Shown here: in pieces, positions 25,301 to 34,300 of the stretch
Numbering within the stretch: position 1 is the stretch's first letter
Layout: the number at the start of each line of letters is the position of its first letter
Translations under genes and position numbers: made by a program
The notes under the pieces: generated by a model
What the model was told of the DNA's origin: nothing
The model's database searches: none
What the model saw: the letters and a program-made list of their open reading frames with translations, nothing else
Assembly: GCA_964035545.1 (NCBI GenBank)
Contig: OZ037769.1
Location: 2,914,001-2,978,000, forward strand
Reading direction: 5' to 3'
Origin: Bugula neritina
Lineage: Eukaryota > Animalia > Bryozoa
Length of the DNA: 64,000 nt

Positions 25301-28300
25301 CTGACTTTTCAAACATAAACTTGACTATTTCAGGATGGTTTCTCATAACAGCCAGGTGAATGGGCTCTTGCCCTTTAGTGTTTATGGTGGTCATGTCAGC
25401 GCCTGTGTTGATTTAGTATAGTATCATGCATTACTTATACACTGTATATTCTAGATCAAATAGAAATTATTATCTTGATACAGCGTATGATGAATGTGCA
25501 ATTTTACAAAATTCAGAAAATGTTTTGATTTCTAAAACTGTTATGGCCAAACCTATAACTAGTTGCAGTAAACTAAAATAAAAGAATGTAAAGCAATATA
25601 ATATAATACAAACTTCAACATTATACAAAATACGATATATTATAATATTATAATATAGTGTGATAGTGTAATATTATAATATAGTGTGATATAATATATT
25701 AATGCATATAATATTTATTATAGTCATATAGTACAGGCTGATGTACATATTGTGACATACTATAATATATTCTTTTGCCACTTGGATTATGCAACTTGGT
25801 TGATGGTGATATGATAACTTTTAAGTATAGAAAAAAAAACTACAACCTTTTAGTTATACTAAGGTTAGTGATGAAAAATAAGAGCATAAATCCATCATGG
25901 TGTGGGTTTGGAAAGTGATGTGTGATTTTACAATCTAATAATGCATCTTGAATAGAGAGTGCAGCTGCTATTAGCTATAGGAGCTAGTAAGATGATGAAA
26001 TGTCTTGCAATTTATAGTAACTAAACTGATGTACTGTTAAACTGTGTTCTACCTGATACAGTGTCAGACACCGTATCAATGCCTACCTTTTTCTGCCAAA
26101 GCTTTGAAACAGGACAACTCCCCATGAAAAGCTGCAGTGTGTAGAGGAGCCATTCCATCTTTATCCTGACTGTCCAAGTCGACATCAAAGTCAGCGAGAA
26201 GTTCAACACATTCTAGGTGACCCCCTTGACAGGCATCATGCAGTGGCGTTCTACCAGATGAGCTAGATGCACATGGATCCGCCCCTGCCTATATAATCAA
26301 CACGGGTATAGAGTATTAGAGGTGTGTGTTAGATCATTTAGCAAGTGGTGGATAAAAATATTTTAAAACAAAAATGAACATAGCAGCATAAAATACATCA
26401 AATATTGTAAAATAATCATAACAAAGTAGCTTTACTCAATGATGTGGAATACACCAGGCATTGCTTAGTGCCAAAGAAAGTACATCCCTTTCATACTTTA
26501 ATGCATTATTATAGTTAAGTAAAGTTATGTGTACAAGTATTATAATGCTCAACTTTAGAGCTTAATAACTGTTTATGTGATAGCTAATAATATTGGCATC
26601 AAAATTTAAAGCAAAAGCATTATATTAATATTAAAATCTTGGTTACTATTTAACGAAACTACAACCTTTAATAACTCTGCCACTACACTGTGTTGACCAT
26701 AACCACAAGCAATGTGTAAAGGGCTTCGTTCTTCTCCTGCGTTTTTAATTTTAGCATCCGGGTCAACTTGATGACTGTGTAACACTTTTCTAACCGCACT
26801 AACATTGCCTTTCTCTGCAGCTGATATAAGATTTCCTGAAACAAATATTGTTATAATTTTCAGATTTAGGGTTGATGTGCCACCAAGAGAGTCTATTTAT
26901 CACTAGAGAAACTTCACCAGTTAAGTCGAGTAGATATCGTTATATTTAATACAAGAATACATAATAAAAGTCCAATGTACAACAGTAATGATACGCACGT
27001 CTATTTAGTTCACAGCACTATCCTCAACTGAGCTAGTAGCGCGAAGCGGCTACTATTACTTATAAAACAGCTTAGCTAATTGGCTAATACATTGTTCCGG
27101 GTCAATACACAACCTTGCGTATTGTGTTGCTGGTAGCTCCACGAGCCACCACACTGCCCCCTCCAGCAGAAAGCCCACTTTCTGATAAGATAAGATTCAC
27201 AAAAAAAAACGTATACTTCGTTGGGGGATAAGAGAACAGCATAAGAGTATATATAAAAAAAAACAACAACTGGTAAAAAAAATATACAGGTATATATATC
27301 GTGCACTAAGTATAAGCAAGAGAAGGTACTATCTACATATAGAGTACGTGCCACCATTACGGTAGGGAATGCCACAGAGAGGTAGGGGAATGAGTAGTAG
27401 GGAGTGGTAGGTAGACTCGAGTTAATTGCGGGCCGCACGCTTCATGCGTTTAATCGACTCCTGTAAGTATTTGAGTTCACTGGAGGCTGCCTGTATTCGT
27501 GGGGCCAGCCTGTAGACTTCTTGCTCCAAGTCATGCGCCCTAGCTTCTACCTCACGTAGGTTACGGGCCCAGGGGGACGAGCGAGAGGAAGTTGGTTGCC
27601 TGTGTCGTTTCCGCTCTGAGGATGGAATAGGAGGAGGGAGTGTATACGCATTTGTGTCTACTCGCTGTAGTACGACACGAGGAAAGGTATGCGGCATGCG
27701 TATAGGACTTTGAGGTGGAGAGTTAGCAGACTGTGTAGGTTTATCTGTGGCTCCAGAGATGATAGGTCGCGGGGAAGGGAAGCCTTGCTCCAGGCGAGAT
27801 AGCCGAGCTGAGTCAGTGATGAGTGGTTTGATGGCGTTGAGAAAGGCAGGATAGGATGATTCGTCTACTTCATAGACATGTCCTTGATAGCACTGCATAG
27901 TACGTTGGTGCCGCAGTAGGTAATCACGGTTATAGCTATATTCTCCGCAAGGGCAGAAAGTGGTGATGTAGTGCTGCGGCAAGTGCACCTTTAGTCTGCG
28001 GTGGGTTGTGAATCGCTGCTGGCAGAGGTTGCATTCACGATTACTCTCACCTCCTTGATGGGTCCTGATTTCCCTCTCTGTGGCAGGGGTAATCCAGTTG
28101 GAGGTTGCTTCCAACTGGGGTGGTAATTGCCTGGTGGTAGGAGTTGTTGGGGCCGGCTCTGAGTCCCATGCCATCTCTAGAGAAGGCATGTCCGTAGAGA
28201 CGGGTGCGAGTGTGTCTACAAAAGTAGAATTATTGTTAGATCGCGGTGGATCTTTACAACATAATTCTAGTGACTGTCGACCGTTGCTAGCCTGAGAGTC

Positions 28301-31300
28301 ACAGCTTTTGGAATGCACTCGAGGAACTGATGAATCATGTGTGGACTGACCAAGAACAGTGTCTAGCTCCAGGTCTAACAGACCGTCGGCCATTACAGTG
28401 TCTTCATCGTCATTCACATGAAACGTGGTTCCCAGTAATTCGGATTCAATCTGCTGAATTAGTTCAGAATTTACTGGCATCGAGCCCGTTTCCATGAATA
28501 GGAATACAAGACTTATACTGGCTTACCTGGGAACTCGGTATTAATGTCCATACTCAACGTTCTTGGTAAGGTTGGAGCTGGTTGTGGGATACGTCTGCCT
28601 TTAGCGATGTCAGCATAAGAAAAGGCTGAGCATCGTTTCTGAGGCACGAGGTCGGAACTATTTGCTTTACGCGCATTAATTCCTCCCATTATTCCGCCCT
28701 CGCAAAAGTTGATATTTGCGTGGGGTTCACAACTCCAACATTTTGTCGTACGGTTTTCCCCTAGACTTTCATGTGCGCCGCTTCTAATGCAGTCACATAT
28801 GAAGTCTTTTAAATATGGTGGGGGCTTCCTCGTACGCTGTCCCCTTTCTAGGGGGGGTGACACGCTTGCCGGTTCGTTAGTAGGGGCCTCTAATGGCGTC
28901 TCTACTTCACCGTTAGTGGTCACCTCTTCTTGTTCTCCGGATGGAGCCCCTCCCTCCGTGGGGGTTTGCACTTCCGGAACCGGCTCGGTTTCTGGAAGTG
29001 ATGGAATTAGACTTGGCGGCGGCGGACACGCTTCTGTTGACAAAAAGCTGCCGCTCCTCTCTCACCAAGTTTTCCTCCCGCGGTATGACGACTTCGTATT
29101 CAGGCCCATGCCGCCGTCGCCCGCGCGTCGTTGTCTGCCTCCTGGGCTCTAACAACGGGGGGGCTTCTCCCACTCCGTCAGGGCTAGCCCAATACGGTTT
29201 CAAGCGAGACTCATTCTGGATAGACACCTGTCCTGAGCGCTCAATCTTGTACGTATGATTGGGCATAGCCTCGACGACCACGTAGGGGCCTACGAACTTA
29301 GGCTTCAGCTTATCAGCCTGTCCGCGGCGCCTACGGTAATTGACCATCCACACCTTATCTCCCCTTTGATAGAGAGGGGGTTCATCGGAATCTTCGTGCC
29401 GCACCTTCCACTGCTGTTGACGCAGTATATCATGTGCGGCCTTCATCCGTTCCACTAGTTCACTGGCATACTCGTGAACCGAGTTGTCTTGCTCTGGAAC
29501 GTGATAGGTGAGATGGTCAGGAACACGAGTCTCTCTCCCGAGCATCAAGAGGTTTGGGGTCTCACCAGTACTGGTGTGTGGGGTGCTACGGTATGCACGC
29601 ATGACCTGCGGCAACACCGTATCCCATTCCTCTTGACCTCGTCCAAGGAGGAGACTCCGGAGCGCATCACCTAGCATCCGGTTGTTGCGCTCCACCACCC
29701 CGTTACCTTGAGGGTGGTAGGGGGTGGTCCTGCTCTGATTTACTCCCCAGAGGTGGCAAAGGTCGCTCATCAGTTGAGACTGGAATTGAGCGCCTTGATC
29801 AGAGTGTATCTGTTCGGGAAGCCCAAAATAACAGAATACATGTTGGTCTAGCGCCCTGGCCACTGTTGGGGCTGATGCATCTGGGATGGCCAGAGCATCC
29901 GCCCACCTAGTAAAGTGGTCGGTTAGTACTAGGATCCAATTATTGCCTCTGGGGGTCAGGGGCATGGGTCCGACCAGGTCTACAGCGACTACTTGCCAGG
30001 GCCTACCAGCATATAGCCTCCGCCGTCCTGCCTCACCAGGGGGGCGGCTATGTTTACTGGCCTGGCAGATCTCACACTGTTTGACTCTGAGCCGGACGTC
30101 ACGCTCCATCTGCGGCCAATACCACCGAAGTCGTAATTTTGATATCACTCGCTTGACCCCTGCGTGGGCCTGCTTGTGAGTATCCCAAATCAACTCACGG
30201 CGGATGGCTGTGGGGCAGACTACCCTCTTCCTTTCCGGGTGTCTGCCACTGGCAGCTAGAGAGATGGTTAGCAACCCATCCTGCCCGATCCGCAGCGAGT
30301 CCCAACGCTGACAGTATAGCCGGAACTCGGCGCATCCCTGTCTTATGCGTTCCTCGCTGGGTCGTCGCCCTTCCCGTTTGGCCCGGTATATGTCTGCCAC
30401 GACTCCAGGCAGTTCTTCTTGGAGCTTCTTCAGCTCTCGAACATTACCGGCCAGTACAGGGTTGGCGCGGAGGTTTTGCACATCCTCCGGGGACTCATCA
30501 ACTCTCTGCCTGAGTTGACCTTGATCCCAGTCAAACGGTGCTCCGTGATGAGCCAGCGTCTCCAACTCGCATCGTGGGGGACCTCCATCCCTCCTCTCGA
30601 TGTTGAGACACTGTTTGCAACCTCCGTCAGGTCGGCGACTCAACCCATCCGCATTGCTGTGTCTCTTGCCCGGTCGATGTTCGATCCGGTACGAGAATTC
30701 AGCTAGGATTTCGAGCCACCGGGCGACCTGACTAGAGGGCTCTGCTCTCCTGCACAACCAGATCAGCGAGGCATGATCCGTACGCAGCCGGAACTTCCTG
30801 CCATATAGGTATGGTCTGAAGTGCTTCACTGACTTGATTACTGCCAGCAGTTCCTTGCGGGTAGTGCAGTAATTTCGTTCAGCGGGAGAGAGAGACTTGC
30901 TGTAGTAGGCTACTACTACTTCTCGGCCTTCCTGCACTTGTGACAGCACAGCGCCAACATTCTGGTCACTGGCGTCCGTGTCTAGGATGTACTCCAGAGT
31001 GGGGTCTGGGTAGGCCAAGATGGGCGCCGTTAGGAGGCAGCCCTTGAGGCGGTCGAACGCTTCTTGTTCGACTGGGGTCCACTGCCACGTCACTCCCTTT
31101 GCGGTAAGCCGGTTTAAAGGCTGGGCTATGCCCGCAAAGTCTGGTATGTATTGCCTGTAATACCCTACCAGCCCCAAGAAAGCCCGGAGTCCGGTCAAGT
31201 CTTGGGGGGTGACCCAGTCTTCTACTGCCCGTACCTTTTCGGGATCCGTTGCCACGCCGTTTCGACCGACAACGTGCCCCAGGTACTTGACCTCCGGCTG

Positions 31301-34300
31301 CAACAGAGCGCACTTGGAAGGTTTGAGCTTAAGACCGGCACCTCGGAGTCTCTCGAAAACCTCCTGCAGACGACTGACATGTGTCTCGAAGTCTGGAGAG
31401 ATTACGATGACATCATCGAGGTAGACCAGCAGTGTCTTCCAATGGAGTCCGCTAAGGACTTGTTCCATCAGCCTCTGGAAGGTGGCTGGGGCGGAGGTTA
31501 ACCCGAAGGGCAGCACCTTCCACTTCCACAAACCGTCCCGTGTGATAAACGCCGCTTCCTCTTGGGCGTCGAGACTCAGAGGAACCTGCCAATAGCCGCT
31601 TAGCAAGTCTAACGTACTGAAGTACTTGCTGCCGGCTAAGGCGTCCAATGACTCGTCAATACGAGGTAGAGGGTAGGCGTCCTGTATGGTTACGCTATTG
31701 AGTTTGCGGTAGTCCACACAGAACCGCCAACTGCCGTCTTTCTTCCGGACCAGTACGACTGGCGAGCTCCACGCACTATGGGCGGGCTCTATCAGTCCCC
31801 GGTCTAGAAGATCCCGTACTTGTCGGCTAACCTCTTTCTCTTTCTCCGGCCCCAGCCTGCGCGTGGGCTGCCGGACAGGGGCTGTCCCTGCAGTCAGCGG
31901 TATTTCGTGTCTGACAATTCCAGTCAGTCCCACGTCATGCTCTCCGCTGCTGAACACATCACCGTAGTCGCGTAGTAACTTGGCCATAGCTTGGCGTTCT
32001 CTGTTACTCGCGCAGCCGCCACTGGCTGTTTCGTATAACTCCCGGAGATGTGTTGGGACTGCCCCTCGTCCCTGAATAGGGTGTCGAGGGGGTGCCTCCG
32101 TCGCGTCACCCAGCGACGGGCCCACGTCCTTTTCCTGGACGGAATGGAACCGGCCCAGCATTGACCCAGCTGGGAGCTCAATGGGCTCGGTAAAGGGGTT
32201 GACGCACTGCACTAAGACCTCCCCTCGTTCAGTTAGTCGGTTTAAACTACTGGCGAGTTGGATCTTTTCGTGCGTGCTTTCAACGACCCCGAGCCTGGCT
32301 ATCTGGTTGCTGTTCACTCGGCAGTGGATAGTAGCTCTGGAGCGTCCGGGTACGGTGCAGTTCCGAACTACCTGAACACCGCCCACCAGGGGACGCCCAA
32401 ACTTATCCACACAGGCGAGTTCTCGCCCGCCCATTAGCACCACCGACTTACTGAAATCTATTCGGCACTGGTGTTGCTTCAAGAAGGGCATTCCGAGGAT
32501 AGCATCTTCTTCCAGTTGACCTATGACAAAGGTCTCCTGTACAGCCTGATCTCGGACACGCCCAGGGAGCTCGATAATACCATAAAAGGGGATACATGAC
32601 CCGTCTGCCAGGGTGCCATGTTCCCCAGTATACGGTCGTACTCTATCCCTGTCCCGGCGGGGCAGTGCCTCAAAGACTCTACGACTGAGAAGGTTGGTAG
32701 TACACCCGGAGTCGAGCAGGAAAGTGACGGCGTTGCCGGCCACCTTTCCGGGTAGGAAATAGCTCTCTCCATGTGGTTGTACTTTCACCCCCCCGCATGT
32801 GCTGTCCTGGTTTGACAGGACGGCGGGGGTTTCACCCGTGGTTTACGGGGCTTCCGGCGGCGAGGTTGGTGCCGGCGGGGTTTGGGCCTCTCCACTGGGC
32901 CTTCCGGCTCCATTTCAGTGGCGGGCTCCTCTTCCCGAGGTAACCGGTGAAACCGGTTAGCGAGTGGCAGGGAGAAGGTACTGGGCCGTTGTGCGGGCCT
33001 ACTAGTCTTGCGTGGTACCTGCCACTCGGGTGGAATGTTCCGCCGTGTCCGTACGGACAAACGACGGCGCGTTCCACCATACTCCTTTAGTTGCGGCCCG
33101 CGGGGAGGAAGTGTGTCCGCGGGCCGTGACAGTTTAACGCCCCCTGGTATTGGGGTCGTCCTTTCTGTCCCTGGTCCTGATCAGCGCTACTCCAGCCCTG
33201 CCCCACAGATGTTGGGGGCATCCGTAAGGCCTGACCGGGGCCAGCACCGGCCAGAATGGTTACCAATTGTCCCAGCATCTCTATCATGCGGTCCACTTCG
33301 GCTTCCAGCGGGAGGGCTTCGGAGCCTGTCGTAGCCCTGGCAGCGCTGACTCCAACTACTGGGGGGTTCCTTTGTGCTCGATGCATTTGGGTAGCCAACA
33401 GGTAAGCTTCTCCAGCCTTCAGGGCATCCTCTATTCTGGTTATCCCTTTAGCTCGTAGGTGATGGTCTAGGCCCAGGTCGTTTAGGGACTGGACAAAGGC
33501 GTCATAGGTGTAACGCTCTTGGTGTTGTGCTGGCAGATCGCTATATGCAATCTGCGCCAGCTTCTTCACCGTCGCGGCATGTTCTTGCAGCGAGGTCCGC
33601 GGGGTGCGGCACAATCTCTCCAGCTTGGTCCTAGCGTCTATGACGGAGGTGCCAAAACGGGCCCGCAGCGCAGCCAGTATGCCGTCTACGTCCGTTCCCA
33701 CTCCGTACGGCTTGGCTTGCTCCGTCACCGCTCTCCGCAATTGAATGAGGGCCACTCTATGCGGCCATTGAGCAACTTCCATTACCTCTCTAAATTCTTG
33801 TATAAATTGTTCGACATCTTCCGACCCAGTAAAGGTGGGAGCTTTCAAGCAATGTCTATAAGCTTCTTCTCCTTCACGATTCACAGGATTAACAGCATTT
33901 CTACGCTCACCTTCTACTGGGGGTGGTTGCATTCTAGCATTTTCAGTCTCCATCTTTGATATACACTATCCCACCGCTGCCACCACTGTTATAATTTTCA
34001 GATTTAGGGTCGATGTGCCACCAAGAGAGTCTATTTATCACTAGAGAAACTTCACCAGTTAAGTCGAGTAGATATCGTTATATTTAATACAAGAATACAT
34101 AATAAAAGTCCAATGTACAACAGTAATGATACGCACGTCTATTTAGTTCACAGCACTATCCTCAACTGAGCTAGTAGCGCGAAGCGGCTACTATTACTTA
34201 TAAAACAGCTTAGCTAATTGGCTAATACATTGTTCCGGGTCAATACGCAACCTTGCGTATTGTGTTGCTGGTAGCTCCACGAGCCACCACAATATGCTAA

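Larger units (their letters stand above)
26849..34291 (-). mobile_element. Full-length Ty3/Gypsy LTR retrotransposon, 7443 bp
   Basis: Two 305-bp TG...CA LTRs, 4-bp TSD ATAT (26845-26848 and 34292-34295), PBS, PPT, gag, and pol with domain order PR-RT-RH-IN. Visibly GC-rich relative to the host flanks. Confidence 0.98.

Noticed and set aside
27076-27438. 120-aa hydrophobic ORF after ORF3
   Set aside because: It runs through T-rich 3' UTR, the PPT and into the LTR. The hydrophobicity reflects base composition.
27422-28495. ORF3 as a retroviral-type env
   Set aside because: No signal peptide or transmembrane helix; it has zinc-finger and coiled-coil features instead.
28080-33959. Plus-strand ORFs inside the Gypsy element (e.g. 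28709-29152, 31151-31501, 33519-33959)
   Set aside because: Antisense shadows of GC-rich coding sequence with no recognisable motifs.
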